In this document: one piece after another, positions 31,311 to 42,474 of the stretch
How the letters are laid out: the number at the start of each line of letters is the position of its first letter
Numbering within the stretch: position 1 is the stretch's first letter
NCBI GenBank assembly: GCA_040766505.1
Contig: JAXGQJ010000001.1
Location: 64,836-128,835, forward strand
Source of the DNA: Clostridiales bacterium
GTDB taxonomy: Bacteria; Bacillota; Dehalobacteriia; UBA7702
Direction: 5' to 3'
DNA: 64,000 nucleotides
The notes under the pieces: model-generated
Told to the model about the DNA's origin: nothing
The model's input: only the letters and a program-made list of their open reading frames with translations
Database searches by the model: none
Program-made: the position numbers and the translations under genes

Positions 31311-33440
31311 TTAAGAGAAGTATTCCGCCAGCAGTTCCGCCGTATGCTTCGTTCGGATCGGTAGTCCTTCCCTTTTCAAACCGCCGCTGATCTGCAAAAT
31401 GCAGCCGGGGCAATCGGTGGCCACGGTGTCGGCGCCGCTTTGCAAAATCGCGCCGCATTTTTTTTCCGCCAGCGCCCCGGAAATTTCCGGGTGTTTAAAA
31501 AGATAGGCGCCGCCAAACCCGCAACAGGCATCGGCTTCCGCCATCTCCCGGGTAACGGCGATTTTGGCGAGCAAAAAGCGGGGCTTGTCCGCAAGGCCGA
31601 GGCTCCGTTTATAATGGCAGGAATCGTGGTAGGTGACCTTGCCTTTGATTCCGATCCGCTTTAACAGGTTCATTTCCTTCTCTATGCCGGCGATGAAGGC
31701 GGTGAAGTCCACCGTCATATCCCGGATTTTCTTGCCCCTTTCCCTGAGCGGCCCTTCCGGCAGCAGATCGACAAACCGGTTTTGGATGAAAGCGGTACAG
31801 GTGGGACAAGGTGTGAGGATAAATTCATGATCGCCTTTTTCAAAGGCATCTAAAATTGCCCGGGCCATTTTTTGGGCGGATTTTTTATCCCCCAGATAGT
31901 AGGCGGGGGCGCCGCAGCAGCCTTGATTTGCCGGGTAGGTGGCGCGGATGCCGTATTGATTGAGCACCTTGACCATAGCCTCGCCGATCCGGGGATATAG
32001 GGCATTGACGAGGCAACCGCCAAAAAGCGCCACTTCGCAGCGGCCCGCCGTTTTTTGCTCTATATTCTTGAAGGTGCCGCTCAGGGGCGGTTTCAACCCC
32101 GGCGGCGCCAGCACATTGCCAATGCCGTGGGGCAGCGGCAATTTCTTGAAATAGCCATCGCCGTCCAAAAGGGGTTTTTGTAGTTTGGCCCCGAGGGAAA
32201 GGCAGACTTTCATCGTTTTTGGCCGGGTGAGGAAGTGCCGCAAAACCAGCCTTTCCGTAAAATTGCCGCCGTCGGCAAGATCCTCCCTTAAACGCATGAT
32301 CAGGCCGGGCAGGTCGATGCCGGCGGGACAAACTTCTTTACAGCGGCCGCAGGCGATGCAGAGGGACTGGATGTCCTTTGCGGCCGACGCTCCCGCGGTA
32401 AATGCGGTCAGAATGCTGCCGATGGGGCCCATGCGGACATGGCCGAAAACCTGGCCGCCGACCAAAAGGTAAACGGGGCACACATTTAAACAGGCGCCGC
32501 AGCCGATGCAGTGCAGCGCCGGGCGGAAATCCGCGTTCTTTTGCAGATCAAGGCGGCCATTGTCCAAGAGAACGATATGGAGCTCCTTTCCCTTTTCCCC
32601 GTAACTGTCGAGATAAGGGGGGTTGCCGGTGACCATCGTAACATAACTGGTGCTGTTTTGGCCGGTGGCGCTCTTGGGCAGCGCTTCGACGATGCGGAAG
32701 CATTCGTCCAGCGTGGGGACGAGCTTTTCATAACCCGCCAATACCAGATGAACCTTTGGCACATTTGCCGCCAGGCGGGCATTGCCTTCATTGCTGGCAA
32801 TGAAAATGGAGCCGGTGTCCGCGGCAAGCAGATTGGCGCCGGTGATGCCCATCCCGGCCTCCAGGAATTTCGGCCGCAACGCGGCGCGGACGAGGGCGAC
32901 CATATCCTTGATCACAGGTTCGACGGGGCGGCCCAAATAGGCGCCGATATATTTGGCCACCTCTTCCTTGGAGAGGTGAATGGCGGGAAGCACCATGTGG
33001 GAAGGCTTTTCTCCCAGCAAATGGATGATCCATTCGCCCAGATCCGTCTCTGTGACGGCGATGCCGGCTTCCTCTAAATGCCGGTTCAGCCCAATTTCCT
33101 CTGCGGTCATCGATTTTGCTTTGACGGCTGCTTCGATGCCAAGATCCTGGGCCAGGCTGGTGATATAGCGATTGGCATCGTCGGCGTTCCGGGCCCGGTA
33201 AACGATGGCGCCGAGTTCTTTGGCACTGGTTTCAAAATCCCGGGCCAATTTTTCCAGGTTCGCCGCGCCATAAGCGCGGATGGCGGCAATGTCGCGGCGG
33301 ATGGCGGCAAAATCCAAACTTTGATAGGCGGCGTCTCTGGCCCGCTCGGCATCGGCGGCAAATTTTCGCAGGGTTTCCCTGGCGCCGCCATTGGCCAAGG
33401 CCCGGCGCACGCTGTCGCGAAAGGCATGGTTATCCGGCAT
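31311..33440 (-). CDS. lutB: LutB-LutA fusion: a LUD/DUF162 plus 4Fe-4S protein fused to a CCG-domain Fe-S oxidoreductase (lactate utilisation type).
   Basis: Intact ORF; the likely start is MPDNHAF at 33440, after GGAGGAAGGGGG. The N-terminal half carries the LutB-like pair CIGCGACLNVCP / CIACGRCKEVCP. The C-terminal half has two CCG motifs (QGCCGAP, DACCGFGG), as in LutA/GlpC. Confidence 0.8.
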   Translation of the reverse strand: MPDNHAFRDSVRRALANGGARETLRKFAADAERARDAAYQSLDFAAIRRDIAAIRAYGAANLEKLARDFETSAKELGAIVYRARNADDANRYITSLAQDLGIEAAVKAKSMTAEEIGLNRHLEEAGIAVTETDLGEWIIHLLGEKPSHMVLPAIHLSKEEVAKYIGAYLGRPVEPVIKDMVALVRAALRPKFLEAGMGITGANLLAADTGSIFIASNEGNARLAANVPKVHLVLAGYEKLVPTLDECFRIVEALPKSATGQNSTSYVTMVTGNPPYLDSYGEKGKELHIVLLDNGRLDLQKNADFRPALHCIGCGACLNVCPVYLLVGGQVFGHVRMGPIGSILTAFTAGASAAKDIQSLCIACGRCKEVCPAGIDLPGLIMRLREDLADGGNFTERLVLRHFLTRPKTMKVCLSLGAKLQKPLLDGDGYFKKLPLPHGIGNVLAPPGLKPPLSGTFKNIEQKTAGRCEVALFGGCLVNALYPRIGEAMVKVLNQYGIRATYPANQGCCGAPAYYLGDKKSAQKMARAILDAFEKGDHEFILTPCPTCTAFIQNRFVDLLPEGPLRERGKKIRDMTVDFTAFIAGIEKEMNLLKRIGIKGKVTYHDSCHYKRSLGLADKPRFLLAKIAVTREMAEADACCGFGGAYLFKHPEISGALAEKKCGAILQSGADTVATDCPGCILQISGGLKREGLPIRTKHTAELLAEYFS

Positions 33441-33999
33441 ATTCTTCGCCCCCTTCCTCCACGACATAGATATAAACCTTTTCCGGGCCATGTACGCCAA
33501 GGGTCATGCTCCGCTCGATATCGGCGGTGCGGCTGGGCCCCGCGATAAAACTGATTTGCCCCGGTATTTTGCCGTAGATGCGCCGGATATGCAGGGGGAT
33601 TTGGCGGCTGTCGGCGATGATATTGCTTTTATAGAGAACGATGCAGTGAATTTTCGGCAGCATCGTTAAAAGCCGGGCGGAGTAAAATCCGGTGCCGGAT
33701 ACGATGGCGCCGGTGGAAGCGATGCCCAAAGCGGCGGTGGTCAGAGAAACCGAGATTTCCCCGGCCTTTTCCAGCACTTCTTTTCCGTTCCAGGGTTGAA
33801 ATATGTTGACGCGCCTCTGGAAGAGTTTTTCGCCGATTTCCCGGGCGATGGGGCTATTGTCTACGGCCAAGCCGGAGATATTTTCGGCTTTTAATAGATT
33901 CTCCACCGAGGCGGCGATGGCATTCAAGTTTTTGATCAGGTAGACGCGGCTGCCGGCGGCATTGCCATTGCGTCTAAATTCTTCTGTCAGTTGATCCAT
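33430..33999 (-). CDS. lutC: LutC-like LUD-domain protein.
   Basis: Intact 189-aa ORF immediately upstream of lutBA and overlapping it. It has the size and position of LutC, with the C-terminal LUD motif region ...PSRTADIE...GVHGP. Confidence 0.7.
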   Translation of the reverse strand: MDQLTEEFRRNGNAAGSRVYLIKNLNAIAASVENLLKAENISGLAVDNSPIAREIGEKLFQRRVNIFQPWNGKEVLEKAGEISVSLTTAALGIASTGAIVSGTGFYSARLLTMLPKIHCIVLYKSNIIADSRQIPLHIRRIYGKIPGQISFIAGPSRTADIERSMTLGVHGPEKVYIYVVEEGGEEYAG

Positions 34000-34213
34000 A
34001 ACGGCCTCCTTCTCCCTTTTCTCTTTCGCTTTCTAATTCTCTTTTGGCTTTGGAAATCCTGCCGTTTTTATGTTTCGACGCGGGAATTCTTGCCGTCGGA
34101 GTGAAAACCCCAGGCAAAACTGGGATAATTTTCTCGGTTTCCCGGCAATACTAAAGATAAAATAAAAATAAGAGCGGGCTACAGATCGGAAAGGAAAGGA
34201 AGGAGGCTTATCA

Positions 34214-35818
34214 ATGGCGGGATACGGTTTTCAAATGATATTTTTAATTATGGGTTTTCTGTTCATTTTGGCCATGCTGCTGGGAAGAAGGGAAAAACCG
34301 CAAAAAACAAAAGCGTCGGAATACGATGTTCGCCATGCGGAAAAGGAGGTTTGCCGCCTGGAAAAACTTCGTTCCATTCACCTCAATATGCCCCTGGCGG
34401 AAAAAACGCGGCCCAAAGATTTTTCGGAAATGGTGGGGCAGGAAGAGGGGATCATGGCCTTGGAAGCGGCGCTGTGCGGCCCCAATCCCCAGCATGTGAT
34501 TGTGTATGGACCGCCCGGCGTCGGGAAAACAGCGGCGGCCCGCCTCGCCCTGGAACGGGCGAAGCAAAGCTCGGGAACGCCCTTCCAAGGGGATGCCAAG
34601 ATGATCGAGGTGGACGGCGCCACCTCCCGCTTCGATGAACGTGGCATTGCGGATCCGCTGCTTGGCAGCGTTCACGATCCGATTTATCAGGGCGCCGGCT
34701 CCTATGGCCAGGCGGGGATTCCCCAACCCAAGGAAGGCGCCGTCAGCAAAGCCCACGGCGGCCTGCTTTTCATTGATGAAATCGGGGAACTGCACCCGAT
34801 TCAATTGAACAAGCTGTTAAAAGTATTGGAAGACCGCAAGGTGATGCTGGAAAGCTCCTATTATCAACCGGAAAACCCCCAGTTTCCCAAGCACATTCAC
34901 GATATCTTTCAAAATGGACTGCCGGCGGATTTTCGCCTCATCGCCGCCACAACCCGCAGCCCCGATGATTTGCCGCCGGCCCTCCGTTCCCGCTGCCTGG
35001 AAGTGTTCTTTCGCAGCCTCCGCCCGGACGAGCTGCATAAAATCGCCGGCGCCAGCGCATTAAAAGCCGGTTTTGTGCTGGGGGCGGAGGAGGCGGGGCA
35101 GGTGGCGGAATATGCCGCCAATGGCCGTGAAGTAGTGAATATGGTGCAGTTGGCTGCCGGCATCGCCCAGCGGGCCGGCCGTTTGCGCATCGAAAGGAAA
35201 GACCTGGATTGGGTGATCAACCAGGGGCGTTACTGCCCCCATCCGCCTCAGAGGATGCCGTTGCAGGCGAAAGTCGGTGTTGTGATGGGCCTCGGCATCG
35301 GCCCCGGCGGCGAGGGCAGCTTATTGGAATTGGAAGCCCTGGCCGTGCCGGGGCAGGGCGGCCGGGTTCTTACGGGCCTGGTGGACGAAGAGGAATTGGG
35401 GGGCAATGGCAGAAAGATCCGCCGCCGCAGCATGGCGATGAGTTCTGTCGACAATGTGGTGACGGTTTTGAAAAGCCACTGTCATCTCGAAGTGGATCGG
35501 TTTGACTTTCACCTGAACTTTCCCGGCGGCATTCCGGTGGACGGCCCCTCCGCCGGGATTACCATGGCGGCCGCCCTATTTTCGGCCATCAAAAAATGCC
35601 CGATTGACAATGAAACGGCGATGACCGGCGAAATCTCGATTCTCGGCCGGGTATTGCCGGTGGGAGGTGTATCGGCGAAGATCGGCGCCGCCGTCCGGGC
35701 CGGGGCGAAACGGGTGATCATTCCAAAAGACAACTGGCAGAAAGCTATGGGGATTTGGGCGTTGATATTTTGCCGGTATCAATTTCGATGAGGTTCTCGA
35801 CACGGTGGTGCGGCTATA
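34214..35818 (+). CDS. lonB: LonB-type ATP-dependent protease (N-terminal TM, AAA+ and S16 protease domains), with one frameshift near 35750.
   Basis: Walker A is YGPPGVGKTAAARLA and Walker B is LFIDEIGEL. The protease domain contains VDGPSAGITMAAAL. The natural C-terminus ...DILPVSNFDEVLDTVVRL* is readable in another frame and ends at 35818. Confidence 0.8.
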
Positions 35819-35856
35819 AAAATGTAAACCAAGCGGCAAAGGCGTGGCATCGAAAA

Positions 35857-35886
35857 GGCCGCCTTCCCTTTGAAGGACAGGCGGCC
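35857..35886 (-). terminator. Hairpin between the convergent lonB and FAD-oxidoreductase genes.
   Basis: Stem GGCCGCC / GGCGGCC, followed on the minus strand by TTTTCG. Confidence 0.4.
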
Positions 35887-35985
35887 TCAGACTGAAGAAA
35901 ACTCCTGCGCAGCGACCTTGGACGATCCGGAAAAGGATTTTGGGAAGGATCGGCAACCGTTACATGGAACGTGGCGTCGAAAAAT

Positions 35986-37905
35986 TTATTGTGTAGCAAC
36001 ACGCCTTTTTATGTTTTTATCAAAGTTTGTCTCGGTGGTATTCGTTTCCTGGCTTTCCATAAAGAGAACGAGGCAGCGCAAAACAGCATAATATTCGCCA
36101 TTGGTAACGGTGGTTTTTCCGGCAATGTGGTTGTAAATGGCCTCGTGAAGGATGCCCCGATCCAAATATTCTTTAAGGGCGGACGGTTCTTCCCGTAGGA
36201 AGGAGGCGATTACAATCTCCAAATCGGCGGGGTTAAGGCCCTGTCCTCGGAATCAATTCCACGGGAATGGTCGAGGTTTGGAACGGGGAATTGGATTGCA
36301 TCGCATACTGGGTTCGGTTCACCGTTGCCCGGGTCAAATCTTCGTCGAGGGCATAATGGTCGGTATAGCCGATGCCGATCAAGCCTTTGTCCCGCAGCGG
36401 CTGAATATAGTCATAGGCCCAGTAATTGATGAAGTTCAATTGTCCTTCGGTCTGTTTGATGTCGTGAAAGACAACGCCCTGGGATTTTAACAGCGATTTG
36501 AGGCTTTTGATCTGTCCCATATCGCCGGCCATCTCCCGGTAGGAATCGGTGGCCCATTTTTTCGCGACGACCGCGGCGGCGCCGGCGCTTTCTCCCAGGG
36601 CCATGCCGACGGGAACCGTACGCGCGCTGCCGAAGGCCGGCAGGTCATAACCGCCGGCTTTGCCGACGACGAGAAGATTGTCCAAGGTTTTCGGCACCAG
36701 CGCACCGAAAGGGATGCCATAGGGCATTGTGGCCGACAGTGAGATGCCGGAAGATTTTTATTTCTGGCTTGCAAATCGATGGGATAAGAGCCTTCGGCGA
36801 CGGCGTCCTCCGGATTGCGGCTTTCAAAAACATCGCTGGCGGTCAGGCGCTTTAAAGCGTCCATATGATAGCTTTCACGAATATAAAATTCCGGCGCGAC
36901 GTCGACGAATACCGCCTCTTCCCAACCGGGGTAGTGTTCCCGCATGAAGGGCATGATGTCGTTTTCGATGATCGTTTTGGCCTTTTCTTTTGTCTCTTCA
37001 TAGGCGTCCCGATCCTCAAGATCCATATGATAGATCAGGAGGCTGTTTAAGAGCAGGGAACCGTCATTTTGCCGGCCGATATTCGGAGCCCGAACGCCGA
37101 AGTTTTCGTCATCGATCACAACGGAGGACAATTCCAGATAACCCCAGGCGGCATGGTCGGTGCTGCCGGTGCCGTCGATGCCGTCTTTGTCGAGATAGGC
37201 GGTCACTGCATCCCAGTCGACTTTGTCGACCTTAAATACTAAGGTATCGGCACCCCGAAGGCCCTTTAAGCCAAACTCCTCCTGGCCGTCGAAAAATGTG
37301 ACGCCGGCGGCGCGGGCGATGTCGGCATTTTGGGTGGCGTCAATATAGGTTGCCGCCTCAACCGTGACGGCATTTTCGCCCTCGGTCACCTCAATGCCGG
37401 CGACGCGGTCATCCTCCGCAAGCACCTGCCAATCGGTTTTCAGATCGGTGACAACTTTCACGCCGTATTTGTCCAACAGGCGGACAAATACCTGCTCGAT
37501 TTCACCGGTATCAAAGGCGCTTTTGCTGCCGATGGCGGCGAAAACCTCGGCGAAAATTCCATGTTGCAAGATCTCGCTGGAACCGCCGCCGATATAGTTC
37601 AGATCGATCATATTCAGCCAACCTAAGGTATAAAGACCGCCGATTTTGTCGCGATTAAAATCAATCAAAACGGTGTCAAGGCCATTTTTCGCACCGGCGA
37701 TGGCGGCGGCGATGCCTTCAGGTTCGCTGCCGATCACAACCAGGTCGTAGCGGCTGTCGCCATTGTCGCTGCCATTGGAAAGTTGGAACGGTTGATTTTT
37801 GCCCATGCACGCCGACAGAAGCAGGGTGCTTGTGACCAGAAGAACGGTGAGGCAGAGGCGCCGGATCATCCTTTTGCTCATTTTGGTCGTCCTTTCTTTT
37901 TTCAA
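35986..37905 (-). CDS. FAD-dependent oxidoreductase lipoprotein, with frameshifts near 36730 and possibly near 36230.
   Basis: Lipobox LLLSAC. The dinucleotide-binding motif is DLVVIGSEPEGIAAAIAGAKNG. The C-terminal part continues in ORF 36233..36727 and probably 35986..36222. Confidence 0.7.
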
Positions 37906-38085
37906 TTTTAAAATGGACGGGTCGTATGATATGTCACATCATTCTGAAAAAGGCCCGGTTTCACATTGCCATTAGTATATAAGATGGAAATTGTTTAAAC
38001 AAGAGAAATTTATGTTCTGATGGGGAAAAATATGGGATGAAATGGCAAAATGGCAAAGAAGACCGGGCGGCCACCGCCGCGGCGT

Positions 38086-38136
38086 AAAATAAAAAAGCGC
38101 AAGGCGTTTAACGGTTCCGATGCCGCCGCCTTGCGC
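38086..38136 (-). terminator. Rho-independent terminator downstream of the ABC ATPase gene.
   Basis: Stem GCGCAAGGCG / CGCCTTGCGC (38097-38136), followed on the minus strand by TTTTTTATTTT. Confidence 0.65.
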
Positions 38137-38246
38137 TTGCCCTTTGGCCCCCGCCTTTTCCGGCGGATATGGTGAGAGCGCCGCCTCCCGGGCGGAGGCC
38201 ACGCCCTTCTAGTTTTCAGATATGATGGCCGGCAGCAACCGGGCGC

Positions 38247-38999
38247 TTACCATTTGGACAGAGACGCCTTCATCCAGCTTTTGATATCGACGCCATAGGT
38301 TTCATTGAGGGCGTCCCCTTCAAAAACGTGGTCGCTTTTTCCAAAGGCGATGGTATTGCCGTCTTTCATCAAAAGAACCTGATCGGAAAAGTCCCGTACC
38401 ATGTTGAGATCGTGCAAGACGCCGATGACGCCGCGGTTTTTTTCCTTCGCCCAGCGGGATAAAAATTCCAGCAATTCCAACTGGTGCTTGATGTCCAGAT
38501 GGTTTGTCGGTTCGTCCAGCAGGATCAGTTCCGGATCCTGGGCCAGGGCCCGGGCAAGAAATACCCGCTGCATTTGGCCGCCGGACAGTTGGGTGATCGG
38601 TTTATCCTTCATATCCAACAGATTGACTTCTTCCATGCATTCCAAAACGAAGTTTTCATCGGCGGTGGACAGATCGAAAAACGCTTGTTGGTGCGCATAG
38701 CGGCCCAAGGCCACTGTTTCAAAGACGGTATAGGAAAAGTAAGAGGCGCTCAACTGTGTCATCAGCGCGATGCTGCGGGAAATTTCTTTGCGGCGCAGGG
38801 AAGAAACCTCCCGCCCGCAAAATTCTACGCTGCCTTCATAGGGAAGGATATGGGTTAATGCCTGCAGCAGCGTCGTTTTTCCGGCGCCATTGGGGCCGAT
38901 AACGCAAAGGTTTTGGCCCCGGCGCAAGGTGAAGGATACGCCTTTAACGATTCTGCTGTTCTCTTCATAACGGAGATAACCGGTCTTCGCATACATCAT
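38247..38999 (-). CDS. ABC transporter ATP-binding protein (FecE/BtuD-like).
   Basis: Walker A GPNGAGKTTLL, signature LSGGQMQRV and Walker B ELILLDEPTNHLD are all present. The internal Met at 38999 gives 251 aa. As written, the frame runs on from the permease with no stop. Confidence 0.85.
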   Translation of the reverse strand: MMYAKTGYLRYEENSRIVKGVSFTLRRGQNLCVIGPNGAGKTTLLQALTHILPYEGSVEFCGREVSSLRRKEISRSIALMTQLSASYFSYTVFETVALGRYAHQQAFFDLSTADENFVLECMEEVNLLDMKDKPITQLSGGQMQRVFLARALAQDPELILLDEPTNHLDIKHQLELLEFLSRWAKEKNRGVIGVLHDLNMVRDFSDQVLLMKDGNTIAFGKSDHVFEGDALNETYGVDIKSWMKASLSKW

Positions 39000-40012
39000 C
39001 TTCTTCAACGCTTCTTTTCTTTCTTTGATAAAGATGTAGGCGAAAAAGGGCGCGCCGACCAAAGCGGTGACAACGCCAACGGGAATTTCCGTCGCAGGGA
39101 TCAGCGTTCTGGACAGCAGATCCGCAAAGATCATAAAAATGCCGCCAAAATGATCGACATTGGCAACATAACGGTGGGCGGAGCCGAAAATCCGGCGCAC
39201 CACATGGGGGGCGATGAGATCGATAAAGCCGATCACACCGGCGAAAGCGACGGCGCTGCCGGTTAAAACGGCGGTCAGCGCAAGCAAAACCCACTTCACC
39301 TTTTCTGTTTCCACACCGGCGGGCCTTCGCCTGTTCCTCCCCGAAGGTCATGATGTCCATTTCCCGCACATAGAAGAGAACGCCAACGGTGCCGATGAGG
39401 AAAAAGGGCAAAGCCTCCGACATGGATCCAGCTTCTGCGTCGCGAAGGTGCCCATTTGCCAAAGGACGATGTGCTGCAGATCGTCCTTAAAACATCGCGG
39501 TGATGGCGAGCAGAAAAGGCATTGATGAAGAGGGAAAACACCATCCCCGCCAGAACGATTGTATTGTTGCTGAGGTTTTTATCGATTTTACTGGCGAAAA
39601 CGCCGCTGAATACCGTGACCAATCCGAAAAGCAGGCCGACAATAGGCAGTGTGAATACCGCCAGAATCGCGCAATGTAAACCCGGTGATGATGACGATGC
39701 CGGCGCCGAGGATACCGGCGGAAACCCCAGCGCGAGGCTGGCGGGTTCCCGCAGGATCGATTGCACTGACGGTGCCGCTGGCGGCCAATGAACCCCCGAC
39801 CATATAGGCGAGGATAACCCGGGCAGCCGCATTTCCCAAACGATCGCCATTTCGTTCTTTGTCATATCCGCCGCCAGATAAGAGGCCAAAAAAGGCGGTT
39901 GCCGATGATGGACAATGTGCATCGGGTGAATATTGAAGCTTCCAAGGCTTATGCCGAGGAGGACAAAAAGCAGGCTGTGCGCCAAGCTCAGGACGATTTT
40001 CTTCCCTGCCAT
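38996..40012 (-). pseudogene. FecCD/BtuC-family ABC permease, multiply frameshifted.
   Basis: The N-terminus is MAGKKIVLSLAHSLLFVLLGISLGSFNI. The C-terminal segment reads IDLIAPHVVRRIFGSAHRY...VGVVTALVGAPFFAYIFIKERK, which is typical FecCD. The frames in between are broken. Confidence 0.7.
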
Positions 40013-40050
40013 TGCTTATTGAAAATGTTCCGGATAAATGGCCTTCGCGA

Positions 40051-40941
40051 TCAGGTCAACTCCTTGATGATATTTTGCGTCGGGCGGGACGTCGGATTGA
40101 GGCTGACAAGGCGCACCTCTTCATTGGTACGGCGGGGATGACGCTGCCCAACTGGCCCGGGTCATGATGGCGCCTACCGGATCCTCCTGATAATCGGCAT
40201 TGGTGACGATCACGTCGGGAGCGGCGGCAATGACCGATTCCGTATTGACGGTGATCCAGCTTTTTCTGGTCGGCGAAAATGTTTGTAGCCCCCACCAGTT
40301 CGATGATCTCACGGCGAAGTTGTCGCTGCCGAAGGAATAAAGGGAAGGGTTCGAATCGATTTCAAAGTAGACTTTTTCTTGTCCGTGATGGTATTGCCGA
40401 TCTGGCGGTAGGCGTCAATTTGCGCCGACAGATTTGAAATCAGCGTTTCACCCGCTTCCTTCACATTGCAGACGTCGGCGATAAACAGGATGTCGCTGAT
40501 GCCTTCCAGCGAAGTGGCATTGTCGGTGAAGATGACGGTTACGCCCTGGTCCACCAAAGCCTGATAGGGATTTTCCGCGCCGGAAACGAGGCTCATGCCG
40601 GAAGTGATCAGAATTTCCGGTTCCAGGCTTAAAAGGTTTTCAATGTCGGGGCTGAGAGAGTCGAAGGTGGGGATGCCTTCCGGCAGGCCCTCTACATCGG
40701 TGCTGTAATTGTCGATGGCCACAAGTTTGTCGGCTACACCGAGGCCGACCATGATTTCAACCACCGAAGGCGCGCCGGCAATGATTTTTTTGGCATCGGC
40801 GGGAATGGTGATTTCTTCCCCGGCGCTGTTAACGACAGTGCGGGTGTTTTCGCCGCTTTCGTCGGCATCGCCGCCATTGCCGCAAGCGGCGAACAGAAAG
40901 ACAAGGGAAAGGATCGTCAGGGCAGATAACAGCTTTTTCAT
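40051..40941 (-). CDS. Periplasmic-binding-protein-type substrate-binding lipoprotein (BtuF/FecB-like), at least two frameshifts in the C-terminal third.
   Basis: Lipobox LFAACG. The 210-aa ORF 40309..40941 has a PBP type 2 fold-like sequence, and the C-terminus is readable in shifted frames down to the stop at 40051. Confidence 0.7.
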
Positions 40942-40975
40942 TGTGGTTCCTCCTTAAAAAGGTGATGGGGCAGGC

Positions 40976-41007
40976 AAACAAAAAATCCAATCTTCACGAA
41001 GATTGGA
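40976..41007 (-). terminator. Intrinsic terminator forming the expression platform of the cobalamin riboswitch.
   Basis: Stem CCAATCTTC / GAAGATTGG, followed on the minus strand by ATTTTTTGTT. It lies about 35 nt upstream of the binding-protein RBS. Confidence 0.65.
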
Positions 41008-41222
41008 CAGAAAACCGTTTAATGTCACATCCTTCATACCGCGTGAAGCTTTGTGTGAGCAATAAAGGCAGGTTTTCCGGCTTAACTTCATCACCACCGC
41101 CAGCCTTCCCAGTTTCCCAGTGGCATTTTTGGCGGGGCTCCGTTTTACGGAGGCGGGACCGCGCAGGACTTACACCTGCTTCCCTTTATGCATAAGCACC
41201 TTTATCGAAAGGATTCAGTTGT
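40976..41222 (-). ncRNA. Cobalamin (B12) riboswitch.
   Basis: The minus strand reads AGGGAAGCAGGTGTAAGTCCTGCGCGGTCCCGCC...GCCACTGGGAAACTGGGAAGG...AAGCCGGAAAACCTGCC. These are the conserved core, the GCCACTG element and the B12 box. It sits upstream of a BtuFCD-like operon. Confidence 0.8.
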
Positions 41223-41229
41223 TGCCTTC

Positions 41230-41258
41230 ATTCTAAAGCCTTCGCCGTTAAAAGTCAA
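41230..41258 (-). promoter_or_regulatory. Sigma-70-type promoter for the riboswitch/ABC operon.
   Basis: On the minus strand: TTGACT, a 17-nt spacer, then TAGAAT. Confidence 0.5.
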
Positions 41259-41343
41259 GAAAGATTTCGGCGGAAATCTTTTGCGCAATTCCGCGGTATC
41301 ATAAAAAATTGACGGGCGGTTCCCGCCGCATTCCTTTCCTCAT

Positions 41344-41372
41344 TGCTTACCTAAGCTGTTTTCTGCTATAAT
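41344..41372 (+). promoter_or_regulatory. Sigma-70-type promoter for the chrA pair.
   Basis: TTGCTT, a 17-nt spacer, then TATAAT with an extended TG (TGCTATAAT). It lies about 20 nt upstream of the RBS and ATG at 41393. Confidence 0.5.
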
Positions 41373-41392
41373 ATCTAGCAGCGGAGGAAAAT

Positions 41393-41929
41393 ATGAAAGA
41401 GACGCTCAAACTGTTCGCCGTTTTTTTAAAGATCGGTTGCTTTGCCTTCGGTGGCGGCCTCGCCCTTCTGCCCGCCTTAAAGCGGGAACTGGCGGAAAAG
41501 CGGGATTGGATCGATAGCGATGTGCTGGTGGATTTGTTTGCGCTGGCCCAAACCTTGCCGGGGCTTGTCGCCATCAATGTTACGGGCTTTATCGGCTACC
41601 GCATCCGCGGTGTGAAGGGCGCGATTCTGGCGGCTTTGGGCATCCTTTTGCCGCCGATCATTATCATTACGCTGATCGCCGCTTTTCTGCAAACCTTTGC
41701 GGATCTGCCTTTGGTGGCGAAGGCTTTCCGCGGCCTCAATATCGCCGTGGTGGTTCTGATCGCCCAGGCCCTCTTTGTTATGGGTAAGCGGGGTTTGGTG
41801 GACAAGGTCACCGCCGCCGTCTTTTTCCTGGCTTTGGCGGTTTATGCCGTCTTTTCCATCAATCCGGTTTTTCTTGTACTCGGCGGCATACTGTTGGGGC
41901 TTTTATTGCGGAGGGGGACGGTGGAATGA
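41393..41929 (+). CDS. chrA: Chromate transporter family protein (ChrA half-size, first of a pair).
   Basis: Intact 178-aa ORF containing FLKIGCFAFGGGLALLPALKRELAEKRDWI, the CHR family motif. Confidence 0.85.
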   Translation: MKETLKLFAVFLKIGCFAFGGGLALLPALKRELAEKRDWIDSDVLVDLFALAQTLPGLVAINVTGFIGYRIRGVKGAILAALGILLPPIIIITLIAAFLQTFADLPLVAKAFRGLNIAVVVLIAQALFVMGKRGLVDKVTAAVFFLALAVYAVFSINPVFLVLGGILLGLLLRRGTVE

Positions 41930-42462
41930 CGCTTTGGCTCCTCTTCTATGAATTCATCAAGATCGGCCTCTTCTCCTTCGGCGGCGGCTATGCGACTTTG
42001 CCCTTTCTTTACAATTTGACGACCCGCTATCCCTGGTTTGATGCGGCGACTTTGGGAAAACTGATCGCCATCGCCGAGGTGACGCCGGGGCCTGTGGGGA
42101 TCAATGTCGCCACCTATGCCGGATATTTGGCCGGCGGCGTTCTTGGCGGCGTGATTGCCAGCGTTTCATTGGTTTTGCCGGCTTTCTGCATCGTCGTCTT
42201 TTTAGCGAAGCGATTCCCGAATTTTCACGCGCATCCCATTGTTATCCGGGCTTTTTATGGTCTCCGCCCGGTGGTGGCGGCGATGGTGACGATGGCGCTG
42301 TGGCAAATTGTCCGCACCGCTTATGGGGCTTTGACACAGGGCTGGGATTGTCTGTTTGGCGCTTTGTTGCTGGTCGGCTTGCTGCTATTGTCCTTCAAAT
42401 GGAAGGCAAGCCCTTTTTTGCTGCTGGGCATCGGCGCCCTCTGGGGCATCTTGCTTTTATGA
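41926..42462 (+). CDS. chrA: Chromate transporter family protein (ChrA half-size, second of a pair).
   Basis: Intact 178-aa ORF with FIKIGLFSFGGGYATLPFLYNL. It overlaps the upstream gene by 4 nt. Confidence 0.85.
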   Translation: MTLWLLFYEFIKIGLFSFGGGYATLPFLYNLTTRYPWFDAATLGKLIAIAEVTPGPVGINVATYAGYLAGGVLGGVIASVSLVLPAFCIVVFLAKRFPNFHAHPIVIRAFYGLRPVVAAMVTMALWQIVRTAYGALTQGWDCLFGALLLVGLLLLSFKWKASPFLLLGIGALWGILLL

Positions 42463-42474
42463 GGGGGTGAAAGG

